64,000 bases of DNA from a virus (IMGVR_UViG_3300002461_000323:41952-105951); one strand, 5' to 3'. Counted from the first letter of the stretch, positions 46,721 through 56,171 are shown. Made by a program: numbers and translations. The notes: generated from the sequence alone by a model not told the origin.

Positions 46721-46781
46721 CCAACCGCTGTACATGGGTGTGATCCCCGGCGATAATCAGACTTTAGTCAAGGCCCGACAA

Positions 46782-47585
46782 ATGGCAATCACGGTGAAAT
46801 ACTCGGAGACCGCAGAATCTCCAGAGCCACAGATCAAGCGTCAGAAGTCCACCCGGGGCCGTCCTCCGGGCGTGGTCGAGACCGCTCCGCGTAAACCGCG
46901 CACCGCCCAGAGCGCCCGTCTGCGCCAGTTCAAAGAGAACGCGAAGCTCCCAGAGGTGGCGGCTAAGATCGTGGAGAAGGTCGAAGAAACCGCTGGCATG
47001 ACCGACGACCAACTGTTGGAGCGTGCACGGACTGTCCCGGACGCACGTGGCGGGTACAACAAGGGCGTGCAGTCGATAACCGATGAGAAGGCCGAGCGGA
47101 TTGCCCTGGCCTACCGGCTGATGATCCGTGGCCTGACAGTCGATCAGGTGGCAGAGCAGATGGACGTCTCGGTGGCGACTGCCAAGAGCTACCTTGAGGA
47201 CGTACGCAAGGCCCTGCGGCTTGACCCAAAGAACCTGGACGTCGGTTACTACATGGGCGAGAGCTTGAGCTTCTACCAGGAGATCAGGCAGATGGCGCTG
47301 CTGCAGGCCAGCCACGGCAAGAACAGCGTGAACGAGAAGATCAATGCCATGCGCGTTGCGTTGGAAGCCGAAGAGCGCAAGAACCAGTTCCTGCAGAAGA
47401 TCGGCGTGTACAGCCCGACCGTGATCGAGCGGATCGAGCGCTGGATGGTCGCGGGCACCGAGAAGCAGATCGATGAGAGCCCGACCCAGAGCAAGCGCGT
47501 GAACCTCGCGGCTGAGATCGGCCGACTGCTTGCAGGCCAGTCCCGCCCGCTGGAGTCCGGTGGCCCTGAGCCTGTGGGCGGCTGA
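46782..47585 (+). CDS. putative terminase small subunit (HTH)
   Basis: GLTVDQVAEQMDVSVATAKSYL HTH; immediately upstream of TerL. Confidence 0.6.
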   Translation: MAITVKYSETAESPEPQIKRQKSTRGRPPGVVETAPRKPRTAQSARLRQFKENAKLPEVAAKIVEKVEETAGMTDDQLLERARTVPDARGGYNKGVQSITDEKAERIALAYRLMIRGLTVDQVAEQMDVSVATAKSYLEDVRKALRLDPKNLDVGYYMGESLSFYQEIRQMALLQASHGKNSVNEKINAMRVALEAEERKNQFLQKIGVYSPTVIERIERWMVAGTEKQIDESPTQSKRVNLAAEIGRLLAGQSRPLESGGPEPVGG

Positions 47586-47587
47586 TC

Positions 47588-49477
47588 GTGCAATCGATTG
47601 CAGCCGACGGCCTCGAAGGCCTCGACCCGTTGCACGTGCTCGAACTGGCAAAGCACAAGCCGGACGTCCTGCTGCAGTGGCTCTACCAGAACCTTGAGAA
47701 CCCTCCGGAGAAGCTGGACGAGCAGTGGATTCAGGCGATCCATCGTGGCGGTCGCCGGTCAACTGGACTGCACATCGACCAGGAGTTCACGCTGGCGATG
47801 CAACTCAGCCGGTACCCAGTGGACATCGAGACCTTCCTGTTCGGACGCCACTACCTGCAGAAAGAGCGCCGGGAAATCTACCCGGAAGTCCTGCAGGAAC
47901 TGAAGAACATCAACAACCCGAGCGGCCTGCGGATCATCAACCCGTACACCGAGGGCGTGTTCACAGGCGGCATCGGCTCAGCCAAGAGTACGACCGCGCT
48001 GTACACCAACGCCTACCAGTTGTACGTGCTCAGTTGCTTCGAGAGCCCGCACGCGACGTTCGGCCTGGACACGGCATCCGAGATCGTGTTCGCGTTCCTG
48101 GCGGTTGCCGGTAATGCCGCAGACACCGATTACAGCCGGTTCTACCAGATGCTCAAGGAGAGCCCGTACTTCAACCTGGAGTTTCCGTACAACCGCCGTC
48201 TTGAGTCGGAGATGCACTTCCCGCACCGCATACAGGTGGTCCCGCAGATCAACACCATCGGCCAGAACGTGATGGGTGGGCTGATCGACGAGGTGAACTT
48301 CGGTCAGGTGATCCAGAACTCCAAGCGCTCGATCGACGGCGGCACCTACGACCAGACGCTGACCGTCTACAACGGCCTGGCTCGACGCAGGAAATCCCGG
48401 TTCTTGGGGCAGGGCACGATGCCCGGCATCCTCTGTCTGGTGTCGTCCAAGCGGTACCCTGGCGAGTTCACGGACAAGAAGCTGGAGGAGGCACGGACTG
48501 ACCCCAGCATCTACGTGTACGACAAGCGGGTGTGGGACGTGAAGCCCGAGGGCACGTACAGCGGCAAGCGCTTCAAAGTGTTTCCAGGGTCGGTTCAGCG
48601 CAAGCCCGTGGTGATCACGCCCGAGATCGAGATCGAGTTGTCGGTCGAGGAGAAGGCGGCGCTGATCGAGGTGCCCATCGAGTACCGCAAGGAATTCACG
48701 GATGACATGATCGGCTCGCTCCGGGACATCGCGGGCGTGAGCACGATCGCCAGACACCCGTACTTCCAGAACGTGAACGCGGTGAGCGGGTGCTTCGGCC
48801 AGCGCCAGTCGATCCTGAACCTGGAGGCCACGGACTTCGAGACCAGCCAGCTTCAGTTCTTCGCCAAACGCATCCGCCACCCGCAGCTACCCCGTTGGGC
48901 GCACATCGACTTGGGCGTGACCTCCGACAGCGCAGGCATCGCCTGTGGGTATGTCCCGCAGTTTGTGCTCAGCCCGGACGAGATCGGGATGATGCCGCAG
49001 GTTGAATTCGACTTCATTCTGCGGGCAACCCCGCCGCTGAACGGCGAGATCAAGTTCTACAAGATCAGGAAGATGTTGATGGCCCTGCGCGAGGCCGGGA
49101 TGAACATCAAGTGGGTGTCGTTCGACGCCTTCCAGTCTGTTGACAGCATCCAGATTCTGCGGAACGCCGGATTCTCCACCGGCAGGCAGTCGGTTGACCA
49201 GAACGCGGGCTTCTACGGGGTGCTGAAAACCGCGATGTACGCGAACCGCGTGAAGGCCCCGCAGCACACCGTCTGCCAGACAGAGATTTTGCGCTTGGAG
49301 CGGGACACGCGCACTGGTAAGATCGACCACCCACCAGACGGCTCCAAGGATTGTTCTGACGCAATGGCGGGTGTGGTCTACGGTCTGACCATGCGCAGAG
49401 AGATTTGGAGCATGCACAATGTCCCATTCAACCAGATTTATCAATCGGTCAAGGAAGTACAGGTGAAAACAGAATGA
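47588..49477 (+). CDS. terL: terminase large subunit
   Basis: Walker A GGIGSAKS, Walker B GGLIDE, coupling motif VSS, nuclease HIDLG..D, SFD..QS and IDHP..GSKD.SDA. Confidence 0.88.
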   Translation: MQSIAADGLEGLDPLHVLELAKHKPDVLLQWLYQNLENPPEKLDEQWIQAIHRGGRRSTGLHIDQEFTLAMQLSRYPVDIETFLFGRHYLQKERREIYPEVLQELKNINNPSGLRIINPYTEGVFTGGIGSAKSTTALYTNAYQLYVLSCFESPHATFGLDTASEIVFAFLAVAGNAADTDYSRFYQMLKESPYFNLEFPYNRRLESEMHFPHRIQVVPQINTIGQNVMGGLIDEVNFGQVIQNSKRSIDGGTYDQTLTVYNGLARRRKSRFLGQGTMPGILCLVSSKRYPGEFTDKKLEEARTDPSIYVYDKRVWDVKPEGTYSGKRFKVFPGSVQRKPVVITPEIEIELSVEEKAALIEVPIEYRKEFTDDMIGSLRDIAGVSTIARHPYFQNVNAVSGCFGQRQSILNLEATDFETSQLQFFAKRIRHPQLPRWAHIDLGVTSDSAGIACGYVPQFVLSPDEIGMMPQVEFDFILRATPPLNGEIKFYKIRKMLMALREAGMNIKWVSFDAFQSVDSIQILRNAGFSTGRQSVDQNAGFYGVLKTAMYANRVKAPQHTVCQTEILRLERDTRTGKIDHPPDGSKDCSDAMAGVVYGLTMRREIWSMHNVPFNQIYQSVKEVQVKTE

Positions 49478-50679
49478 GCGAAGAGCAATCAATTGCAGCC
49501 ACGGACGAACTCCCGCCAGCGCCGGTCGTCCCCGTTGATCTCGAAGAAGGCAAGGTCTACAACCAGACTCCGCGCTTCATGCACATGCGCCACCTGGAGT
49601 GGAACGTGGTCGAGGCCGCGAAAGCCCGAATCCGCTGGTGCATCAGCAACTTCGATGACGTCTGGGTCAGCTTCTCTGGCGGCAAAGACTCGCTGGTGGT
49701 GCTGAAGTTGGTCGAGCAGGTGTACGAAGAACTCGGGATCACCGAGAAGATCAAGGTCAAGTTCATGGACGAAGAACTCGTCTGCGACGACATCATTGAC
49801 TTCGTGTTCGAGGTCGCTGAGAGCGGCAAGTACGACTTCCACTGGTACGCTCTGCAGATGTACGTGGGCTTCTACGTGATGGGCAAGCACAAGCCCTTCG
49901 TCTCCTGGGACCCTGAGCGCAAGTGGCACCGCCAGCCGCCTGATCGCCCGTACGTGATCTACGATGTGGGCCACCCCACGCGTGACGAGAACGAGAACTC
50001 GATCTCCAAGTTCATGTACAAGGACACCAGCCGTCGCACGGTCGAACTCCTGGGCCTGCGGGCAGACGAGAGCATGAAGCGGTACCTGTCGGTGAAGGCC
50101 GGTGGCATCAGCGCTCCCAACTACCTGAGCAACGGCATGATCCCGCACATCTACGCGGGCAAGCCGATCTACGACTTCACTGAGACCGACATCTTCAAGT
50201 TCTTCAAGGACCACGGCATCAAGTACTGCCCGTTCTACGATGTGCAGGTGTGGTCGAAGTCCCCGCTGCGTGTGGCCTCGACCATGCACGAGCGCGGTCA
50301 GGCGCAGTTCTTCAAGATGAAGGAACTGGCTCCCAAGTACTACGAGCAGCTTCGCCAGTTGTACCCGGAAGTCGAGACCCACTACCGCTACGGCCAGGAA
50401 ATGGCTGTCGGCCAGGAAATGGAACTCTACCCGCACTCCTGGGAAGGCATCCGCCAGTACATCGCCGACAAGATCGATCCCGGCCACAAGGCTGAGGCTC
50501 TGGAGTTCGTCAAGCGCTACGAGATCAAGCGGATCGGCCAACTCCGGGACAACCCGGGCAAGCCGTTGGGCGGCGTGAGCATGCTCAAGGTCTTCCGCCA
50601 GGTCATGAACGGCCGGTTCGTGAAGTCGGCCACGCTGTTGCATGAGATCACTCAAGCGGACATCGACTATGAACAATAA
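49474..50679 (+). CDS. PAPS reductase-family protein (IbrA/DndC-like)
   Basis: PP-loop VSFSGGKDS, F.DEE, GLRADES..R and PIYD....DIF motifs. Confidence 0.85.
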   Translation: MSEEQSIAATDELPPAPVVPVDLEEGKVYNQTPRFMHMRHLEWNVVEAAKARIRWCISNFDDVWVSFSGGKDSLVVLKLVEQVYEELGITEKIKVKFMDEELVCDDIIDFVFEVAESGKYDFHWYALQMYVGFYVMGKHKPFVSWDPERKWHRQPPDRPYVIYDVGHPTRDENENSISKFMYKDTSRRTVELLGLRADESMKRYLSVKAGGISAPNYLSNGMIPHIYAGKPIYDFTETDIFKFFKDHGIKYCPFYDVQVWSKSPLRVASTMHERGQAQFFKMKELAPKYYEQLRQLYPEVETHYRYGQEMAVGQEMELYPHSWEGIRQYIADKIDPGHKAEALEFVKRYEIKRIGQLRDNPGKPLGGVSMLKVFRQVMNGRFVKSATLLHEITQADIDYEQ

Positions 50680-51094
50680 CCTGATCAAGGGCGACTTCCT
50701 CATCCGGTGCCTGAAGGGCTTGGACTTCAAGCCGTCCACCGAGTTGAAGGCCACGCCCGGGGTGACCTGGGACAATGACGAGAACCACGTGTGGTACGTC
50801 GCGTTCTTCGAAGACCGGATGGTCGCCTGCTGTGGCATGTTCGTGAAGAACCGGGTGGCCCGCTTCAAGACGGACGTCGTGCTCCCGGAGTTCCGTGGGC
50901 AGGGCCTGTACCGCATGCTCTTCGACATGCGCCAGGCCTATGCAATCAATTGCAGCGACAGCGTGACCACGTTCTCGAACGAGCAGTCCCGGCATATGTA
51001 CGTGAAGAATGGGTTCACGGCCAAGGGCACGGAGACCGACCGGAAGGTCCTGTACATGGGCAAGACTTTTGACAAACCCGTGAAACAGTGGTAA
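50669..51094 (+). CDS. GNAT acetyltransferase
   Basis: VLPEFRGQGLY acetyl-CoA motif and Y.KNGF. Confidence 0.85.
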   Translation: MNNNLIKGDFLIRCLKGLDFKPSTELKATPGVTWDNDENHVWYVAFFEDRMVACCGMFVKNRVARFKTDVVLPEFRGQGLYRMLFDMRQAYAINCSDSVTTFSNEQSRHMYVKNGFTAKGTETDRKVLYMGKTFDKPVKQW

Positions 51095-51097
51095 AAT
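51069..51097 (+). promoter_or_regulatory. sigma70-type promoter
   Basis: TTGACA-17-TAAAAT. Confidence 0.8.
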
Positions 51098-51121
51098 GGG
51101 GACAGCAAAGGAGTGCTGTTC

Positions 51122-51706
51122 ATGTCCCAATTCACCCAGCAAATGATCAATAAATCGTATAACGGATGGTCCTCAGAAATCAGGACCGTCAGGGGCACAC
51201 TGTTCTACAATCTCGTCCGCAAGGGCGTACTCCCCCGGGCCAAGGCCTGTGAACTCTGCGGCAGCACCCAGGGCCTGACCTTCCACGCGGAGGAGTACGG
51301 GAGCACCTGGTCCGACTACCTTCAGTCCTGCCACGCGCTCTGCTGCTACTGCCACGCGACAGTCCACGTGCGGCATCGGTACCCCAACCGGTGGTCGCGG
51401 TTCGTTCAGCGGGCGATCTCCGGGGAAATGCCGGAGTTTCCGTACACGAGCATGAGCGAGGTCTACGGTGCGTACCGCACGATCAAGGACCTGGACGAGC
51501 CCGTACCCGCCCCTGCCGGAGACCACTGGTTGCTGAAGCTCCCGGTCATGGGTTATGATGGCATTCCGAAAGTCGCTCTGGCCGAGGAACTTCAGGGTCT
51601 CGTGCCGGATTTCAAAATCTACCCCGGGGACCTGCAGACGCTCTCGGGCATGCGGTACGAAGCGACAACCGCCACCCTCACCCCATACGAATGGAGTCTC
51701 CCTTGA
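51122..51706 (+). CDS. Zn-finger/HNH-like protein
   Basis: CELCG...HAEEY...LCCYCH...H.R motifs. Confidence 0.6.
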   Translation: MSQFTQQMINKSYNGWSSEIRTVRGTLFYNLVRKGVLPRAKACELCGSTQGLTFHAEEYGSTWSDYLQSCHALCCYCHATVHVRHRYPNRWSRFVQRAISGEMPEFPYTSMSEVYGAYRTIKDLDEPVPAPAGDHWLLKLPVMGYDGIPKVALAEELQGLVPDFKIYPGDLQTLSGMRYEATTATLTPYEWSLP

Positions 51707-52275
51707 AGCACCCGATCGAGAACTTTCAGTGGTTGGACGTCAACCTGCTGGAGAGCAACGACTACAACCCCAACCACGTGCAAGACACGGAAATGAAGCT
51801 GTTGTCTCTGTCGCTGCTCAAGCAGGGCTGGATTCAGCCGATCTTGGTCTGGAAGAAGCCTGACGGTAGCGGAAAGTACGTGATCATCGACGGCTTCCAC
51901 CGCTACTCGGTCACCCGTACGGACAAGCGCGTGTGGGCGATGACCGACGGTAAGGTCCCGGCTGTGACCATGGACATGACCGAGGCCGAGCGCAAGCTGC
52001 TGACCATCCGGATCAACCGCGCCAAGGGTACGCATGCGGCGTTCAAGATGCACGAGATCGTCACCTCGTGTGTGCGAGACCACGGCATGAGCATCCAGCA
52101 GGTGTGCCAGGAGATTGGTGCAGACGCCGACGAAGTCCAGACCCTGCTGGCCGCTGATGTGTTCGAGAAGAAGCAGGTGGACAAATTCAACTACAGCCGC
52201 TCGTGGGTTCCTCCGCACGCCAAGGTCTGGGGCATGGACCCTCAGCCCGTGGAAGAGCAGACCCAAGCACGCTGA
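51691..52275 (+). CDS. ParB-N (IbrB-like) protein with C-terminal HTH
   Basis: NDYNPN, GWIQPILV, IIDGFHR, TIRINRAKG.H and GMSIQQVCQEIG motifs; possible TTG start at 51703. Confidence 0.85.
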   Translation: MESPLKHPIENFQWLDVNLLESNDYNPNHVQDTEMKLLSLSLLKQGWIQPILVWKKPDGSGKYVIIDGFHRYSVTRTDKRVWAMTDGKVPAVTMDMTEAERKLLTIRINRAKGTHAAFKMHEIVTSCVRDHGMSIQQVCQEIGADADEVQTLLAADVFEKKQVDKFNYSRSWVPPHAKVWGMDPQPVEEQTQAR

Positions 52276-52287
52276 TCCGGAGCACCT

Positions 52288-52812
52288 ATGACCGAGCCGA
52301 CCAAGCCCACCAAGGCGTACAGCGTTCAGTTCCTGAACCCGCAGACGCTCCACCCGTACTACCGGAACAACAAGGCGCACAACAAGCGGCAGATCACCCT
52401 GCTGGCCCGCGTCCTCCGCACCCACGGCTTCGATCAGCCGATCGTCGTGGACAAGGACTTGGTGATCATCAAAGGCCACGGACGCTGGCAGGCTGCGCTC
52501 GAAGCCAAGTACACGATGATCCCGGTGGTCATCCGCGATGATCTGGAAGAGTGGGAAGTCCAGGCCAGCCGGATCGCCGACAACCAGGCGTTCGCGATCT
52601 CCGAGATCGACGGAGAGAAGTCCCGGGCCGAGGTCGATGCGTACGTCAAGGAAGGCGGCGTGGGTGCTGAGTTCTACTTCGACTTCCTGCGCCCCCCGAC
52701 CAAGAAGAGCGAGACCCCAGCCTCGTCCATCCATCAGGTGTCCGCCCACGAGAGCGTGGCTGGCAAGCTGGTGACCTGCCCCAAGTGCAACCACACGCAG
52801 ATGGAACTCTGA
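52288..52812 (+). CDS. ParB/Srx-like N-terminal domain protein
   Basis: GFDQPIVVD..IIKGHGR..AA...RIADN; C-terminal CPKC. Confidence 0.85.
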   Translation: MTEPTKPTKAYSVQFLNPQTLHPYYRNNKAHNKRQITLLARVLRTHGFDQPIVVDKDLVIIKGHGRWQAALEAKYTMIPVVIRDDLEEWEVQASRIADNQAFAISEIDGEKSRAEVDAYVKEGGVGAEFYFDFLRPPTKKSETPASSIHQVSAHESVAGKLVTCPKCNHTQMEL

Positions 52813-52813
52813 C

Positions 52814-53278
52814 ATGAACATCCAGTTGCTCGATCCGAAGACGCTCGTCCACTACGAGCGCAACTCCAAGAAGCACCCGACCGAGCAGGTCGAGGCGATT
52901 GCGATGTCGATCAAGAGCTTCGGCTTCGACCAGCCGATCGTTGTTGATGCGAACCTCGTGATCATCAAAGGCCATGGCCGCTGCTTGGCGGCTATCAGCC
53001 TGGGCATGCCCGAAGTCCCGGTGGTCATCCGCGACGACGTGAGCGACAACGACGCCCGGTTCCTGCGCGAGGTCGATAACCAGATTCAGTCGGCGGAGTG
53101 GGACCGCGAGAACCTGGCCTCCGAGTTGAACGAACTGCGCTTGGCCGGTCGTCTGGAGTTCACGCTGTTCACCGAGGACAAGATTCCGGTGCTCCCGCAG
53201 ATGAACATCACGGTCAAGGCCCAGCCGTTCGACCTCACGACCCAGCACACCTGCAACTCCTGCAGCTACAAGTGGTGA
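52814..53278 (+). CDS. ParB/Srx-like N-terminal domain protein (paralog)
   Basis: GFDQPIVVD..IIKGHGR...DN; C-terminal CNSC. Confidence 0.85.
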   Translation: MNIQLLDPKTLVHYERNSKKHPTEQVEAIAMSIKSFGFDQPIVVDANLVIIKGHGRCLAAISLGMPEVPVVIRDDVSDNDARFLREVDNQIQSAEWDRENLASELNELRLAGRLEFTLFTEDKIPVLPQMNITVKAQPFDLTTQHTCNSCSYKW

Positions 53279-53283
53279 ACCCC

Positions 53284-54009
53284 ATGAGCAAAACAGTTCT
53301 CGTGAGCACGGTCGCTGATCGTCGTGCAATTGATTGCGCGGAAGTCCTGTCGTGCGAGCAGTTCATCAAGCGTGAAGAAGCTGGCGGGACCGTGCTGATC
53401 GAGCCGACGTTCCTGGACTTCCGGGGCGCTGGCAACAGCCAACTCGGCTACCCGTTCATGGCCGTCGGCCACGCGCAGACCCGGTACGACCGGATTGGCG
53501 TGTTCCTCTACTACACGATGGAGAACGCACGCCAGTTCAAAGGCTACGTGCTGGACCTGCGGGCCAAGCTGGAGTCCACGCACAGCCACCTGGAGGTGAT
53601 GACGCTCCCGCTCGTGACCTGTGGCGTGCCGATCTCCGGTACCACGCTGGTGATCAAGGCCAGCAAGGGTCCGTGGGAGCCCGCGCTGAAGACCGAGCCG
53701 GTCATGCCCGACAAATACTTCCCGGGCATGCTCGCGCACGTGCTCCGCAACCGCCCGAACTTCCCGATCAACGTCAGCAGCCGATTCATCGGCGCGGTCC
53801 GGTCCGACCTGAACCTGCTGCCACCGCTGAACGCTTGGTCAGGCCGGTCGCTGATGGTCGAGTACCAGCGCGAGCGCACGACCGAGATCACGAGGATGAC
53901 GCCCGAGCACGTCGGCCAGTTGTTTGGCGTGAAGCCTGCGCCGTACACCGACGACCTGGCGATGATCCTGCCGCACGGCGTGGTCGAGGCATTCTCCAAC
54001 GCAGAGTGA
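53284..54009 (+). CDS. degenerate C5-cytosine methyltransferase-like protein
   Basis: Remnant motifs in canonical order: EPTFLDFRGAG (IV), MENA (VI), CGVP (VIII), RMTPEHVGQLFG (IX), ILPH.VV.A (X). Confidence 0.45.
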   Translation: MSKTVLVSTVADRRAIDCAEVLSCEQFIKREEAGGTVLIEPTFLDFRGAGNSQLGYPFMAVGHAQTRYDRIGVFLYYTMENARQFKGYVLDLRAKLESTHSHLEVMTLPLVTCGVPISGTTLVIKASKGPWEPALKTEPVMPDKYFPGMLAHVLRNRPNFPINVSSRFIGAVRSDLNLLPPLNAWSGRSLMVEYQRERTTEITRMTPEHVGQLFGVKPAPYTDDLAMILPHGVVEAFSNAE

Positions 54010-54027
54010 AGAAAGACGCGAAAGGCG

Positions 54028-54056
54028 TTGACAAACTACCCGGGGTGAGTTAATAT
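54028..54056 (+). promoter_or_regulatory. sigma70-type promoter
   Basis: TTGACA-17-TAATAT. Confidence 0.75.
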
Positions 54057-54117
54057 CTATCTATGGTCAAACGATGTTGTTAGGCCATAAACCTCAACCC
54101 TTGCAATGGAGTGCAAA

Positions 54118-54372
54118 ATGTCAACCTCTGAAATCACCGTCTCTTCGCCCGTCGCCGACGCCGCCCAAGCCCGCCAGACCATGCTCGAAGAAGTCAAGCA
54201 GATCGCCGATCGCCCACGCTACGCCGCACGCGGCTGGCTGGTGCTCAAGCAGGTCAGCGACGAAGAACTCGACTCGTTGATCGGCCGCCGCACCCGCACC
54301 CTGCGTGGCGCTGCCCGCCAAGTTCTGAACAAGCTGGTGAAGCCAGCCGCTCAGATGACCGAACTGGTTTAA
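54118..54372 (+). CDS. early protein, paralog 1 of a 3-member family
   Basis: Monocistronic unit with promoter, SD and terminator. Confidence 0.7.
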   Translation: MSTSEITVSSPVADAAQARQTMLEEVKQIADRPRYAARGWLVLKQVSDEELDSLIGRRTRTLRGAARQVLNKLVKPAAQMTELV

Positions 54373-54388
54373 CCAGACCTCGCTCAAC

Positions 54389-54413
54389 AAAGGACCTTCG
54401 GGTCCTTTTTTTT
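54389..54413 (+). terminator. rho-independent terminator
   Basis: AAAGGACC-TTCG-GGTCCTTT followed by a T tract. Confidence 0.9.
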
Positions 54414-54447
54414 CGTTAAATTGTTCGAAGATTTTGGCGGTAAGTTA

Positions 54448-54475
54448 TTGACAAACCCGACGGGTGAGTTAAAAT
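54448..54475 (+). promoter_or_regulatory. sigma70-type promoter
   Basis: TTGACA-16-TAAAAT. Confidence 0.75.
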
Positions 54476-54508
54476 AGAGACATCAACAACAGCAACGGAG
54501 TGCATCAA

Positions 54509-54871
54509 ATGGACCTCTTCAAAACCTACCGCAGCATCTTCGGCGCAAACCTCGGCAAAGACCAAGCCGAAGCCGAGACCGGTCTCAAGTTCGAAGTCGT
54601 GCAGTTCGAGAACGGTTGGATCATCGAGCCGGTGACCGACGCAGTGGCATTGGAGCAGTCGTCTGAGATCGGTCTGGTGGCCGCTGTCCGCGCCTACGCA
54701 ACCCGCATGACCCGCCGCTACAACTGGGACCAGACCTGGCTGATCACCGACGAAGAACTGCTGAGCGTGATCAAGCTCGACGGCACTCCCGAGCAGGCGA
54801 TCAAGGCGGTTTACGCGAAGTTCGTGCGCGAGGTCAATACCCAGGCTCCGCGCCTGACACTGGTAGCCTGA
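54509..54871 (+). CDS. early protein, paralog 2
   Basis: GGAG SD; C-terminal TDEELLSVI...AIKAVYAKFV. Confidence 0.7.
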   Translation: MDLFKTYRSIFGANLGKDQAEAETGLKFEVVQFENGWIIEPVTDAVALEQSSEIGLVAAVRAYATRMTRRYNWDQTWLITDEELLSVIKLDGTPEQAIKAVYAKFVREVNTQAPRLTLVA

Positions 54872-54913
54872 ACAACTCCGGTGGGCTAGAATGGGCTCTC
54901 CACTGGAGGCCCC

Positions 54914-55153
54914 ATGCACCACTCACTGATGCCGCAGGTACCTGCATTCGAAAGCCAGGCAACTGGCTTTTCTCACGTCCTGAAGGACAAAGTGCAGCTT
55001 GCAGACAAGAGTTGCGCTTGCTGGGAAGGCTACGAGCGGGTGCCCGGCACCACGCCATGCGCTCCCGGCAGTTGCACGAAGACCAAGAAGGGTGATCTGA
55101 TGGTGCACGCGGGCCGCCAGAACTTTCTCTCATCGCTTCTTCACAAGGACTGA
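54914..55153 (+). CDS. small Cys-motif hypothetical protein
   Basis: SD GGAGG; CWEGYERVPG..GSC motif. Confidence 0.5.
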   Translation: MHHSLMPQVPAFESQATGFSHVLKDKVQLADKSCACWEGYERVPGTTPCAPGSCTKTKKGDLMVHAGRQNFLSSLLHKD

Positions 55154-55155
55154 TC

Positions 55156-55383
55156 ATGGACCTCCTGCTCTCGGCCCTGCCGATCCTCGTCGGCCTGTTC
55201 TCGATCCCGACGTTGGCGGTCGTCATCGTCTCCGTGATCTTCGGCTACGTCCTCCGCAAGTACGTGGAGAAGCGGTTCGCCTCCGAAGCCAAGTTCTTGG
55301 ACGAGGTTGCCCAGCGGTACGGCGACCGGGCAGTCCTTGAACTGGTGCACCTCCGAGACCTCAACCGCAGCAAGACAAAATGA
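55156..55383 (+). CDS. small membrane protein
   Basis: SD AAGGA; N-terminal hydrophobic segment. Confidence 0.55.
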   Translation: MDLLLSALPILVGLFSIPTLAVVIVSVIFGYVLRKYVEKRFASEAKFLDEVAQRYGDRAVLELVHLRDLNRSKTK

Positions 55384-56087
55384 GCCACCCCGATGATCCC
55401 CGGGACATGCGTGAGTACCGGGAGCGGACCAGCAAGGGGATGAAAGTATCGGGCATGGGTCCGACAACCACTATCCACGCCTCGTGCCCGTTCTGCGGGG
55501 TGCCGGACATGCAGGTGTACCTGCTGAGCGAGGGCGCTGCAGCGATGGAGCGCGAGTACACGTGTAAGGCCTGCACACGCTCGGTAGCCGGGGTGGTCGT
55601 GACCTCGGAAGACGGCTCGCAGACACGCATCACCTTCTACCAGACGGGTGGCCCGAAGCAGCCGCTGTGGATCACTCCTCAGATTCCACGGGCTCGGAAC
55701 TTTGAGCCTGGAAAGCCGAAAGAGCTTGAGCCGACCCACGCGCACGACCACGACCCGCACGCCCAGCAGTTCAAGCCCCTGCACTACCAGCCTGCATCGG
55801 TGATGGGCAAGCGGTACCGGACCTGCAGCTACTGCGGATCGGCACACCCGCATGACCTGGCTCAGGCGGTCAGGGCCGGTCTGAAGCTGGAACTCGCGGA
55901 CATGAAGTACGGCTGGCCGCACAAGCTGTATCCGGTGTTCGGCAGCCACAACCCCCAGGACATCACCAAGTTCTACACGCTGCACCTGCAGGACGCATCC
56001 GCCGAGGACAAGCTGACGATCGAGCGCGCAGCCGGTCTGCAGTTCACGTTCGACCAAGGGCATGGCGTTAGCTGGAAACCCTGTTAG
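55380..56087 (+). CDS. Zn-finger hypothetical protein
   Basis: CPFC, CKAC and CSYCGSAHP motifs. Confidence 0.6.
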   Translation: MSHPDDPRDMREYRERTSKGMKVSGMGPTTTIHASCPFCGVPDMQVYLLSEGAAAMEREYTCKACTRSVAGVVVTSEDGSQTRITFYQTGGPKQPLWITPQIPRARNFEPGKPKELEPTHAHDHDPHAQQFKPLHYQPASVMGKRYRTCSYCGSAHPHDLAQAVRAGLKLELADMKYGWPHKLYPVFGSHNPQDITKFYTLHLQDASAEDKLTIERAAGLQFTFDQGHGVSWKPC

Positions 56088-56127
56088 AATACAGGTCCCA
56101 ACTGCGCAGTTGCCACTGCTGTTGTTT

Positions 56128-56159
56128 AGCCCCGGCCGAGAGATCGTACGGGGCTTTTT
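56128..56159 (+). terminator. rho-independent terminator
   Basis: AGCCCCG...CGGGGCT stem followed by T residues. Confidence 0.6.
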
Positions 56160-56171
56160 CTCGTTCAGGTG

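Noticed and set aside
46717-46746. TTGACCAAC as another sigma70 promoter
   Set aside because: There is no good -10 box at 16-18 bp spacing.
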